From contig JAJPKR010000012.1 of assembly GCA_021323595.1 (NCBI GenBank), positions 4,056-68,055 on the forward strand: a stretch of DNA of 64,000 nt, read 5' to 3'. Below the pieces are notes generated by a model, which saw only the letters and a list, made by a program, of their open reading frames with translations, ran no database searches and was not told where the DNA came from. This stretch comes from Terriglobia bacterium (GTDB lineage Bacteria > Acidobacteriota > Terriglobia > Terriglobales > SCQP01). Each line of letters opens with the position of its first letter. The stretch's first letter is position 1. The position numbers and the translations under genes are program-made. Below are positions 40,225-50,632 of the stretch, piece by piece.

Positions 40225-42009
40225 CTAACCCAGCGGATACCGGCCGGCCTCGAGGACGGCGCGGGCGATTTCGCGGCGCACGGCGATGGTGTCGCTGAGC
40301 TCGCGCTTGAGCAGGCGGCGCGCCATCGCCGCTTGTGCGCGCAACGCGTCGCCCTCGGCCAGCCGCGGCAGCAGGAGATGGGCGATGGCTTCGGCGCGGT
40401 CCATCTGCTCGGCGATCAAGGCGCGGGTCATCGCCGCCATCACCGGCGCCGCGGCGCCGCCGTGTTTGCGCGCGCGTAAGATCGCCGATTGCAGCAGATA
40501 CGTGATCGAAATCAGGTCGGCCAGTCCCGCCAGGATCTCCTGTTCCTTTTCCAGCGCTTCCCGGTACTTTTGGAACGCGGCGCCGGCGAGCAACAAGCCG
40601 AGCTTGCGCACGCCTTCCGCCTGCGCCGTTTCCGCGGCCCAGGGCCCGGAGTCGCTGCCCGCGCCGGCGCCGGCACCGGACATCAACTCCTCGGTTGTGC
40701 GCTGCACCTCCGCCAGCAGCGGCAGCTCGCCTTTCATCGCGCGGCGCAAGAGCTGGCCGGGAATGAGCAGGCGGTTGATCTCGTTCGTGCCCTCGAAGAT
40801 GCGGTTGACGCGCGAATCGCGGTAGGCGCGCTCGGCGGCGTACTCCTGCACGAAGCCGTAGCCGCCGTGGATCTGCACGTTGGCGTCCACGGCGCGGTCG
40901 AGCATTTCGCTGCCGAAGACCTTCACGATCGAGCATTCCACGGCGCATTCCTCGAGCGCCTTGCGGATCGCCGTCCCGGCTTCGGGCGCGGTCTTGTCGA
41001 TGCCGGCCAAGCGGTTGTCGATGAGGCCGACGGTGCGATAGACGGCCGACTCGCAGGCGTAAATGCCGATCGCCATGCCGGCGAGCATCTGCGCCACCAG
41101 CGGAAATTCCGCCAGCGTGCGGCCGAAGGCCCGGCGCTGCTTGGCGTAGGCGATCGCTTCTGCCAGCGTATTGCGCGCGCCGCCCGCGCAGCCGGCGCCG
41201 AGCTTGAAGCGGCCGACGTTGAGGATGTTGAAGGCGATGATGTGGCCGCGCCCGATCTCGCCCAAAACGTTCTCCACCGGCACGCGCGCGTCATTGAGGA
41301 TCAAGGGCCGGGTGGAGGAGCCCTTGATGCCCATCTTCTTCTCTTCCGCGCCGGTCGAGACGCCGGGAAACGACTTCTCCACCAAGAAAGCGGTGAACTT
41401 GTCGCCCTGGACCTGGGCGAAGACGGTGAAGAGGTCGGCGAAGCCGGCGTTGGTGATCCACATCTTTTCGCCGTTGAGCAGATAGTGCTTGCCGTCGGGG
41501 CTGAGCTCGGCGCGCGCGCGCGCCGCCAGCGCGTCGGAGCCGGAGCCGGATTCGCTGAGCGCGTAGGCGCCGACCCAGTCGCTGGCGGCGAGCTTGGGCA
41601 GATACTTGCGCTTCTGCTCCTCGGTGCCGAAATAAAGGATGGGCAGCATGCCGATGCCGGTGTGGCCGCCGAAGGTCACGCTGAACGAGGCGTACTTGGC
41701 GATGCGGTCATACACGATGGTCGAGCTGACGAAATCCAGGCCCAAGCCGCCGTAGGCTTCGGGAATGTCCACGGCGGTCAAGCCCAGTTCGGCGGCCTTT
41801 TTGAGCAGCGCGCGCGTGACGTCGAAGTTCTGGTGCTCGAGCTCGTCGATGCGCGGCACGACCTCCTGCGTCGCGAACTGCTCGGCGGTTTGCGCGATCA
41901 GCCGGTGCTGCTCGCTGAAATCCTCGGGGGTGAAGCAATCGCCGGGATCACCGGGCCCGAGCACGAAACGGCCGCCGCCCGCCTGCGTTTCTGCCACTTT
42001 CGTCGCCAT
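40225..42009 (-). CDS. fadE: Long-form acyl-CoA dehydrogenase (FadE / YusJ-type, 594 aa)
   Basis: ACAD motifs are present (GAYALSESGSGSDA, KMWITNAGFADL, IHGGYGFVQEY) with a C-terminal extension. The gene lies downstream of the thiolase and the bifunctional dehydrogenase. Confidence 0.85.
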   Translation of the reverse strand: MATKVAETQAGGGRFVLGPGDPGDCFTPEDFSEQHRLIAQTAEQFATQEVVPRIDELEHQNFDVTRALLKKAAELGLTAVDIPEAYGGLGLDFVSSTIVYDRIAKYASFSVTFGGHTGIGMLPILYFGTEEQKRKYLPKLAASDWVGAYALSESGSGSDALAARARAELSPDGKHYLLNGEKMWITNAGFADLFTVFAQVQGDKFTAFLVEKSFPGVSTGAEEKKMGIKGSSTRPLILNDARVPVENVLGEIGRGHIIAFNILNVGRFKLGAGCAGGARNTLAEAIAYAKQRRAFGRTLAEFPLVAQMLAGMAIGIYACESAVYRTVGLIDNRLAGIDKTAPEAGTAIRKALEECAVECSIVKVFGSEMLDRAVDANVQIHGGYGFVQEYAAERAYRDSRVNRIFEGTNEINRLLIPGQLLRRAMKGELPLLAEVQRTTEELMSGAGAGAGSDSGPWAAETAQAEGVRKLGLLLAGAAFQKYREALEKEQEILAGLADLISITYLLQSAILRARKHGGAAAPVMAAMTRALIAEQMDRAEAIAHLLLPRLAEGDALRAQAAMARRLLKRELSDTIAVRREIARAVLEAGRYPLG

Positions 42010-42018
42010 AACGCCTCC

Positions 42019-43191
42019 CTACCGCGCCAGATTTTCGATGACCCCGGCGGCACCCATGCCGCCGCCCACGCACATCGTCACCAAGCCGAAGCGGGCGCGG
42101 CGGCGCCGCAGCTCCGCCAGAATGCTGGCCACCAGCTTGGCGCCGGTGCAGCCCAAAGGATGCCCCAACGCCACGGCGCCGCCGTTGACGTTGACCCGCT
42201 CGGGATCCAGGCCCGCTTGCGCGATCACCACCAGCGCTTGCGCCGCAAAGGCCTCGTTGAGCTCGATCACTTCGATATCGGCCAGCTTCACCCCGGCGCG
42301 CGCCAGCGCCCGGGGAATGGCCGCGACCGGTCCCAGGCCCATGAGCCCGGGTTCCACCCCGGCCGTGGCGTATCCCGCCAGCCGCGCGAGCGGCTGCAAT
42401 TGGTGGCGGCGCAGCGCCTCCTCGCCCACGACCAGCGCGGCAGCGGCGCCGTCGCTCATCTGCGAGGAGTTGCCGGCGGTGACTTGGCCGTTGGCCTGAA
42501 ACGCCGGCTTGAGCGCCGCCAGCGCGGCCAGCGAGGTGTCGCGGCGCGGGCCCTCGTCGGCGGCGACCGTGACTTCGCTCCAAAAGCCGCGCCCGTTGCC
42601 CTCGGCGGGCACGCGCGTCGTTACGGGCAGCAGCTCCTCGCGGAATTTGCCCGCCTCCTGTGCGGCTAGGGCGCGCTGATGGCTGCGCAGCGAAAACTCG
42701 TCGGCGGCCTGGCGCGTAATTCCGTACTTGGCGGCCAGGCGCTCGGCGGTGAGGCCCATGCTCAGGTAGCTGTCCGGATGGTGCTCGGTGAGCCAGGGGT
42801 TGGCGGAGATCTTGTGGCCGCCCATCGGAATCAGGCTCATGCTCTCCGTGCCGCCGGCCAGCACCGCTTGCGCGCCGGCCTGCGCGCGCTCGCTGGCGAT
42901 CGCGATGGCTTCCAAGCCGGAGGCGCAGAAGCGGTTGACGGTCATCGCCGAGACTTCGACCGGCAGTTGCGCGCGCAAAGCGGCGATGCGGGCGACGTTC
43001 ATGCCTTGCTCGGCCTCCGGCATGGCGCAGCCGAGGATCACGTCTTCGATTTCCGCCGCCGGAAACGCGGCGCGCCGCAGCGCCTCGGTCAGCACCAAGG
43101 CGGCCAGATCGTCAGGACGCGTAGCGCGAAAGCCGCCGCGGAAGGCGCGCGCGACCGGCGTCCGAACGGTGCTGACGATGTACGCCTCCAT
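42019..43191 (-). CDS. fadA: Acetyl-CoA C-acyltransferase (3-ketoacyl-CoA thiolase)
   Basis: 390 aa with the active-site Cys context NRFCASGLEAI, NVNGGAVALGHPLGCTGA, and the C-terminal MCVGGGMGAAG. Confidence 0.92.
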   Translation of the reverse strand: MEAYIVSTVRTPVARAFRGGFRATRPDDLAALVLTEALRRAAFPAAEIEDVILGCAMPEAEQGMNVARIAALRAQLPVEVSAMTVNRFCASGLEAIAIASERAQAGAQAVLAGGTESMSLIPMGGHKISANPWLTEHHPDSYLSMGLTAERLAAKYGITRQAADEFSLRSHQRALAAQEAGKFREELLPVTTRVPAEGNGRGFWSEVTVAADEGPRRDTSLAALAALKPAFQANGQVTAGNSSQMSDGAAAALVVGEEALRRHQLQPLARLAGYATAGVEPGLMGLGPVAAIPRALARAGVKLADIEVIELNEAFAAQALVVIAQAGLDPERVNVNGGAVALGHPLGCTGAKLVASILAELRRRRARFGLVTMCVGGGMGAAGVIENLAR

Positions 43192-43206
43192 CTGCCCTCC
43201 GCCCCC

Positions 43207-45585
43207 TCAATTGCGCAACGGCTTGCCGGTCTTCAGCGTGAACTGAATTCGCTCGCGCGTCTTCGCCTCGCCGCAAAGCGACAAGAAAGCCTCGCGCTCG
43301 AGGTCCAACAAATAATCTTCGCCGATCGGCGCCCCGGCGGGCGCGTCCCCGCCGGCCATGATGTGCGCCAGCTTGTTGGCGAGCTTCTGTTCGAACTCGG
43401 TGATGTAGCCGGCTTGGCGCATCAGATAGACGCCCATCTGCAGCGTGGCCCGCACGTTCGGCCCCGCGGCCGGCACCAGGGCGGGGGCGGGCGGGCGGTA
43501 CCCCTCGCGCGCCAGCCGCAGCGCTTCCTCTTTGGCAACGGCGAGCACGCGGTCGCGGTTGGGCACGATCACCGCCTCCGGCGGCAGATAGCCGAGCGCC
43601 TGCGCTTCGACTGCCGAGGTCGAGACCTTGGCCATGGCCACGGTTTCGAAGGCCTGCTTGATGGCTTCTTGCACGGCTACGCTCTCGCCGCGGCTGCCGG
43701 GGCCGCGCACTCGTTCCGCGGCGCGCAAGGCGCGCACGGTCATCTCCTTGGTGCCGCCGCCGGCGGGGATCAGGCCCACGCCTAATTCCACCAATCCGGC
43801 GTACAACTCGGCGTGGGCGGCGACCTGAGCGGCATGGAGCATGACCTCGCAGCCGCCGCCGAGAGTGAGGCCGAAGGGCGCGGCCACGACCGGACGCGGC
43901 GAGCGGCGGATCGCTTGGGTCATGCCCTGGAAAGTGCGCACGGCCAGTTCCACCTCGTCCCAGTCCTCGTCTTGAATCGCGAGCAACAGGAGCATGAGAT
44001 TGGCGCCGGCGGAAAAGTTCTCGGCTTCGTTGCCGATGACGAAGGCCTCGAAGCGCGACGCCCCGTCGCGCAGCGCCTGGGTGACCAGGGCCACGATGTC
44101 GGCGCCGATGGCATTCATCTTGGCGTGGAATTCCAAGCAGCCCACGCCGTCGCCGAGATCGAGCAGCGAGCAGCCGGGATTGCGCTGCAGTTCGCGGCCG
44201 GCGCGGCGCAAGGCATCAAGGTGGAACACGCCTTCCGGCTCGGGCACCGCCGCATAGGCCAGCGTGGCCGGCGAGACCGCTTCGAGCCCGCTGGCGGCGC
44301 GCTCGAGCGGCGCGTCGCGGTAAAACGACTTGGCGCCGCTCGTGAGCAGGCGGCGCACATACTCCGCCGGCTGGCGCTGCTCCTTTTCCATGCGGGCGAC
44401 GGTCGCTTCCAGCCCGAGCGCATCCCACATGGCGAAAGGGCCCGCCTGCCAGCCGAAGCCCCAGCGCATCGCGCGGTCGATTTCATAGGGCTGGTCGGCG
44501 ATTTCCGGGATGCGGCGCGCGGCGTAATCGAGCACCTCGCTCAACAGCCGCCAGAGAAATTGCCCGGCGGCATCGGTGCCGCCGAGAATCACGCGCAGCC
44601 GCTCCGCGGGATCGTCGATCGTGCGCGCCAGGTCGAGGGAAGGGAAGCGCGGTTTGCGGCGCGGCCGGTACTCCATCGTCTTCAGATCGAGCACCAAAAT
44701 TTCGCGCTCGCCCGACTCGGTACGCGCGCCCCGCCGGTAGAAGCCTTGGCCCGATTTTTCCCCCAGCCAGCCGCGCTCGAGCAAGGCGCGGACCGGCGCC
44801 GGCACGCGATACAGCTCGCGCTTTTCATCCCCCGCCAGGTTCTGGTAAGAGTTCTCGATCACGTGCGCCAAGAGATCCACCCCGACCAGATCGGCGGTGC
44901 GGAACGTCGCCGACTTCGGCCAGCCCAGCGCGGGGCCGGTCAGCGCATCGATTTGCTCGACGTCGAGATCCATTTCCTCCATCAGGCGCAGCACCGTGAG
45001 CATCGAAAAGGTGCCGATGCGGTTGGCGATGAAGTTGGGCGTGTCCTTGGCGAAAACCACGCCCTTGCCCAGGCGCCGGTCGGCGAATTCCGCGATCGCC
45101 TCCAGCAGGGCGCGGTCGGTGCCGGCGGTGGGAATGATTTCGAGCAACCGCAAATAGCGCGGCGGATTGAAGAAATGCGTGCCGAACCAGCGCCGCTTCA
45201 CTTCCGGCGGCAGCTCCGCTCCCACCGCAGTCACCGGCAGGCCGCTGGTGTTGGTGGTGAGGGCGGCATGGGGCGCGAGCAGCGGCGCCACGGCGGCCAG
45301 CAGCTTGCGCTTGATGGCGAGGTCTTCGACGACCGCTTCGATGACCCAATCCGCCTGGGCCACGGGCGCGAGGTCGTCGAAGCTGCCCAGCCGGATGCGG
45401 CGGGCGAGCTCGGGCGCGAAGAAAGCCGCCGGCTTGCCCTCCACCGCGGACCTGAGTCCCCGCTCGGCCGCGCCGGGCAGGTCCAGCAGATGCACGGCGA
45501 GCCCGGCGTTGGCGCAATGGGCGGCAATGCGCGCGCCCATCGTTCCCGCGCCCAGCACCGCGACCGCCTCGATGGGCCGAGCCAT
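43207..45585 (-). CDS. fadN: Bifunctional 3-hydroxyacyl-CoA dehydrogenase (N-terminal) / enoyl-CoA hydratase (C-terminal), FadN-type
   Basis: An N-terminal NAD fold VLGAGTMGARIA and a C-terminal crotonase-like region (FSAGANL..., GLTLGGGCE) are present. The start is at 45585 (GGAGAG just upstream) or alternatively at 45603. Confidence 0.85.
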   Translation of the reverse strand: MARPIEAVAVLGAGTMGARIAAHCANAGLAVHLLDLPGAAERGLRSAVEGKPAAFFAPELARRIRLGSFDDLAPVAQADWVIEAVVEDLAIKRKLLAAVAPLLAPHAALTTNTSGLPVTAVGAELPPEVKRRWFGTHFFNPPRYLRLLEIIPTAGTDRALLEAIAEFADRRLGKGVVFAKDTPNFIANRIGTFSMLTVLRLMEEMDLDVEQIDALTGPALGWPKSATFRTADLVGVDLLAHVIENSYQNLAGDEKRELYRVPAPVRALLERGWLGEKSGQGFYRRGARTESGEREILVLDLKTMEYRPRRKPRFPSLDLARTIDDPAERLRVILGGTDAAGQFLWRLLSEVLDYAARRIPEIADQPYEIDRAMRWGFGWQAGPFAMWDALGLEATVARMEKEQRQPAEYVRRLLTSGAKSFYRDAPLERAASGLEAVSPATLAYAAVPEPEGVFHLDALRRAGRELQRNPGCSLLDLGDGVGCLEFHAKMNAIGADIVALVTQALRDGASRFEAFVIGNEAENFSAGANLMLLLLAIQDEDWDEVELAVRTFQGMTQAIRRSPRPVVAAPFGLTLGGGCEVMLHAAQVAAHAELYAGLVELGVGLIPAGGGTKEMTVRALRAAERVRGPGSRGESVAVQEAIKQAFETVAMAKVSTSAVEAQALGYLPPEAVIVPNRDRVLAVAKEEALRLAREGYRPPAPALVPAAGPNVRATLQMGVYLMRQAGYITEFEQKLANKLAHIMAGGDAPAGAPIGEDYLLDLEREAFLSLCGEAKTRERIQFTLKTGKPLRN

Positions 45586-45787
45586 GACTCTCCAAGCTAC
45601 CATGAGCGTTTTTCCGGCGGGCTCGGCGGCGGCGCGGGAGCCGCGCGAATCACCCGGCGGCGGCGATCCGCGGCCGACGGAAGGGGTGGCTGCCGGGATG
45701 GGCCGGCGCTACCAAGCAGGCATCGCGGGCACCAGAATGGCCATTCCCATGGCGTCGTGGAACGGCCAAAATAGAAGTGAACAGCCT

Positions 45788-46651
45788 ATGCGGGCGTGGC
45801 TTTCTAGTTGGGCCCGGCGGCGGCGCCTGGGGCCGCCCAAGCGGGTCGGCTTGGCGCTGGGCGGCGGGTTTGCGCGCGGCATCGCCCACATCGGCGTGTT
45901 GGAGGTGCTGGAACAAGAGGGCGTGCCGATCGACATGATCGCCGGCACGAGTTCCGGCAGCTTGGTGGCGGCGGCCTATGCGAGCGGCTTGCGCCCGCAG
46001 CAGATCGCCGAGGCCGCCTCGCAGCTGCGCCTGCGCGACGTCGGGCGCTGGACGCTTTCGAAGCTGGGGCTGGCCAGCAACGTGCGCATGGAAGTGTACT
46101 TGCGGCGGCTGCTGGCTTGCACGGAATTCGAGAAGATGCGCATCCCGCTGCTGATCCCGGCGACCAATCTCAATACCGGCGACATCACCGTCTTCCGCTC
46201 CGGCTCGGTGCTCGACGCGATTCGCGCTTCCTGCGCCTATCCGCTGATGTATCAGCCGGTCAAGATCGACGGCGCCTACTACGTCGATGGCGGCCTGATC
46301 TGCGTCGTGCCGGCCGAGCCGCTGCGCGAGGCGGGCGCCGATTTCATCATCTCGGTCGAGCTGGGCGGCCGCTGGACGGGCGCGGTGCCGCACAACATGC
46401 TGGAAGTGCTGGGCCAAAGTTTCGCCATCGCGGTGATGGCGCACGCCGGGCGCTGGCGCCGGATCAGCGACGTGCTGATCGAGCCGCAGGTGGATGATTA
46501 CGCGCACGACGCCTTCGACCGCTACCAGGAGCTGATCGAGGCCGGCCGGGCCGCCACCCGCGCGGCGCTGCCCAAATTGCGGGAGCTATTGCGCGGCCGC
46601 CTGGCGGCCGAGCCGGCGCCGGCCGCCGCCGTGACCGCCGCCGGCACCTAG
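45788..46651 (+). CDS. Patatin-like phospholipase
   Basis: Oxyanion motif GGGFARG, nucleophile GTSSG, and the catalytic Asp in YVDGGL are present. The start was trimmed to the ATG at 45788, with alternatives at 45737 and 45749. The upstream 207 codons of the track ORF are antisense to fadN. Confidence 0.8.
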   Translation: MRAWLSSWARRRRLGPPKRVGLALGGGFARGIAHIGVLEVLEQEGVPIDMIAGTSSGSLVAAAYASGLRPQQIAEAASQLRLRDVGRWTLSKLGLASNVRMEVYLRRLLACTEFEKMRIPLLIPATNLNTGDITVFRSGSVLDAIRASCAYPLMYQPVKIDGAYYVDGGLICVVPAEPLREAGADFIISVELGGRWTGAVPHNMLEVLGQSFAIAVMAHAGRWRRISDVLIEPQVDDYAHDAFDRYQELIEAGRAATRAALPKLRELLRGRLAAEPAPAAAVTAAGT

Positions 46652-46670
46652 CGGTTGCGGCGGCCAGCGA

Positions 46671-47774
46671 TCAGCCCTGGGTGAAGGCGACGACTTCGGC
46701 GAGTTTGGCGCGCGCCGCGCCCGAGGCGAGGGCGGCTTGCGCGCGCGCCAGCGCTTCCGGCCAATCGGCGGCGAGGCCGCCGGCGCGCAGGGCGGCGGCG
46801 GCGTTGAGCGCGACGATGTCGCGGCGGGGCCCGGGCTCGCCCGCGAGCACGGCGCGAATCAGGCGCGCATTGGTGGCGGCGTCGCCGCCCCGCAGATCGG
46901 CGAGCCGAGCGGGGCGCAAGCCGAGTTCTTCGGCGCGCAGCACGTATTCGCGGACCTGCCCGGCGCGCACCTCGGCGACGTGGGTGGGGGCGGTGGTCGA
47001 GAGTTCATCGAGGCCGTCTTCGCCGTGCACCACAATCGCGTGCGCCGCCCCCAGCTCGCCCAGCGCCGCCGCCAGCTTTCCGACCCAGGCGCGCGCATAG
47101 ACGCCCACCACCTGTCCGGCGGCGCCGGCGGGATTGGTGAGCGGCCCCAACAGATTGAAGATGGTGCGCACCCGCAGCGCGCGCCGCACCGGCTGCACGT
47201 GGCGCATCGCCGGATGCAGCGCCGGCGCGTACAGGAACGCGAAACCGGTGCGCTCCAGGCACGCGGCCAGGCGCTCGGGGGCGAGGTCAATCTTGACCCC
47301 GAGGGCCTCCATGACGTCGGCGCTGCCGCATTGGCTGGAGAGCGAGCGGTTGCCGTGCTTGGCAACACGCACGCCGGCGGCGGCCGCGACCAGCGCGGTG
47401 GCGGTGGAAATATTGAACGTGCCGCTGGCGTCGCCGCCCGTGCCGCAGGTGTCGACCAGCCGCGGCAGCGGCGCCGGCGGCGCCTCGGCCAAAGCGTCGC
47501 GGCCGGTGCCGGAGACGGCGACGGCGTGATCGCCGCCGGACGCGCCCACGTGCGTCACGGCGGCGCGCATGGCTTCGGCGAAGCCGACGATCTCGGCCAC
47601 GGTTTCGCCCTTGGTCGCCAGCGCGATCAGCAGGCCGGCGATCTGCAGCGCCTCGACCTCGCCGGCGAGCATCGCCGCCAGCGCCTGCCGCGCTTCCGCG
47701 CGCGACAAGTCCTCGCCCGCGATCACGCGCCGCAGCGCGGCGGTGAGCGCGTCGGGGGCCGGGGCGGATGACAT
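46671..47774 (-). CDS. trpD: Anthranilate phosphoribosyltransferase
   Basis: The ATG at 47774 gives MSSAPAPDALTAAL.... Motifs DTCGTGGDASGTFNIST, HGNRSLSS and NLLGPLTNPA are present. The upstream part of the 712-aa track ORF is antisense to sucC. Confidence 0.9.
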   Translation of the reverse strand: MSSAPAPDALTAALRRVIAGEDLSRAEARQALAAMLAGEVEALQIAGLLIALATKGETVAEIVGFAEAMRAAVTHVGASGGDHAVAVSGTGRDALAEAPPAPLPRLVDTCGTGGDASGTFNISTATALVAAAAGVRVAKHGNRSLSSQCGSADVMEALGVKIDLAPERLAACLERTGFAFLYAPALHPAMRHVQPVRRALRVRTIFNLLGPLTNPAGAAGQVVGVYARAWVGKLAAALGELGAAHAIVVHGEDGLDELSTTAPTHVAEVRAGQVREYVLRAEELGLRPARLADLRGGDAATNARLIRAVLAGEPGPRRDIVALNAAAALRAGGLAADWPEALARAQAALASGAARAKLAEVVAFTQG

Positions 47775-47792
47775 ATACTGATAGGTTTTCGC

Positions 47793-48967
47793 ATGAAGAT
47801 CCACGAATATCAAGCCAAGGACCTGCTCCGGCAGTTCCGCGTCGCGGTGCCGCGCGGGCGGGTGGCGGCCACGGCGGCGGAGGCGGAGGCGATCGCGCGC
47901 GAACTGGGCGGGCGGGTGGTGGTCAAGGCGCAGATCCACGCGGGCGGCCGCGGCAAGGGCGGCGGCGTCAAGCTGGCCGACGGTGCCCAGCAGGCGCGGG
48001 CGGTGGCCGAAACGATCCTGGGCATGACCCTGGTCACCCATCAGACCGGGCCGGAGGGCCGGCTGGTGCGGCAGGTGCTGGTGGAGGAGACGCTGCCGAT
48101 CGCCCGCGAGCTCTACGCCGGCATCGTCGTGGATCGCGTCAGCGGGCAGCCGGTGTTCATGGTTTCCGCAGCCGGCGGCATGGAGATCGAGGAGGTCGCG
48201 GCCACGAAGCCGGAGGCCATCTTGAAGATGCCCTTCGACGCCGGCTACGGCTTGCAGCCGTTTGCGGCGCGCCAACTGGCCTTCGGCTTGAAGCTGAAGG
48301 GCGCGGCGGCGACGGCGGCCGCGGCCATGTTCATCGCGCTGGCGCGCGCCTTCGTGGCGCTCGACGCTTCCCTCGCCGAGATCAACCCGCTGGTGCTGAC
48401 CAGCGACGACCGCGTGATCGCGCTCGACGCCAAGCTCAACCTCGACGACAACGCGCTCTACCGCCATCCCGAGCTGAAGGCGCTGCGCGATCTGAAGGAA
48501 GAAGCGCCGCTCGAGGTGGAGGCGTCGAAATACGGCCTCAACTACATCAAACTCGACGGTAACGTGGCCTGCATGGTCAACGGCGCCGGCCTGGCCATGG
48601 CCACCATGGACATCATTCAATATGCCGGCGGCCGGCCGGCCAACTTTCTCGACGTGGGCGGGGGCGCCAACCAGGAGCAGGTGCGGCACGCCTTCGAGAT
48701 TCTCTTGCAGGATGCCAACGTGAAAGCGGTGCTGATCAACATCTTCGGCGGCATCCTGCGCTGCGACACCCTGGCGGCGGGCGTGGTCGAGGCGGCGCGG
48801 GCGACCCAACTGGCGCTGCCGCTGGTGATCCGCATGGAAGGCACCAACGTCGAGCAGGGGCGGGCGATTCTCGCCGCCAGCGGGCTGAAGATCACCGTGG
48901 CCGCCAGCATGAAGGACGCGGCGGAGAAAGTGGTGGCCGCGGCGCGCGCCGCCGAGCGGGTCTCATC

Positions 48968-48971
<4 letters not shown>
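47793..48971 (+). CDS. sucC: Succinate--CoA ligase (ADP-forming) subunit beta
   Basis: [16 protein letters not shown]-terminus with [14 protein letters not shown] and NIFGGI motifs. The stop overlaps the sucD start (ATGA). Confidence 0.95.
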
Positions 48972-49864
<893 letters not shown>

Positions 49865-49908
49865 CGCGGCGGGATCGCGGCAGGATTCTTGATTCACTTT
49901 TCCTGATC

Positions 49909-50328
49909 ATGGCCATCGAACGAACGTTGACGATCGTCAAGCCCGACGGCGTGGCGAAGAACTTGACCGGCGCCATCTTGGCGCGGCTGGAAGCGGCGGG
50001 ACTGCGCATCGTCGCGCTGAAACGGCTGCGGCTGACGCGGGCGCAGGCGGAAGGCTTCTATTCCGTCCACCGCGAACGCGGCTTCTTCGCCGACTTGGTG
50101 CGGTTCATGACCGAAGGGCCGGTGGTGACCGCGGTGCTCGAGGGAGAGGACGCGATCGCGCGCCTGCGCGCGCTGATGGGCGCCACCGACCCCGCCAAGG
50201 CCGCCGCCGGCACGTTGCGCAAGGATTATGCGGAGAACATCGAGCGCAACGTGATCCACGGCTCCGACGGCCCCGAGACCGCGCGCTTCGAGATCGGCTT
50301 CTTCTTTTCCGGCGCCGAGATGCTGTAA
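49909..50328 (+). CDS. ndk: Nucleoside-diphosphate kinase
   Basis: 139 aa with [12 protein letters not shown] and the active-site His in NVIHGSD. Confidence 0.95.
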   Translation: MAIERTLTIVKPDGVAKNLTGAILARLEAAGLRIVALKRLRLTRAQAEGFYSVHRERGFFADLVRFMTEGPVVTAVLEGEDAIARLRALMGATDPAKAAAGTLRKDYAENIERNVIHGSDGPETARFEIGFFFSGAEML

Positions 50329-50476
50329 GCGGGGCCGCGCGCAAACCGGGATTGGGCCAGAAGTTCGGTTTCTCACAACTCCATATAAATATGAGTTTTG
50401 GAAGGCCGCCGGCGGCGCCACCCGCCGTCGCTCGCCGAACCGCGCGCGAACGCGCCAGTTGCCGCGCTTCCAAAAA

Positions 50477-50507
50477 TTGGAATTCGCCTCCGCCGCGCCG
50501 TTATATA
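50477..50507 (+). promoter_or_regulatory. Candidate promoter of receptor gene 2: TTGGAA, 18-19 nt spacer, TTATAT/TATATA
   Basis: TTGGAA lies at 50477-50482 and TATATA at 50502-50507, in an AT-rich tract about 130-150 nt upstream of the ATG at 50633. The spacer is longer than optimal. Confidence 0.3.
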
Positions 50508-50632
50508 CGATGAGTGATCAAATTTGTGGTTCACTGTGAGTTTTTTATCTTGTCCCGCCGATTCCCGGAAGCCTAGACTCGATGGCGTCACGCTTGCGAA
50601 GTCTCTTGTACTCGAGGAAAAAACCAACAGAT

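Noticed and set aside
46671-48809. A 712-aa ORF that would fuse a 345-aa N-terminal extension to TrpD.
   Set aside because: The extension is antisense to sucC and compositionally junk. A normal TrpD N-terminus begins at the ATG at 47774, and the product length (367 aa) is then typical.
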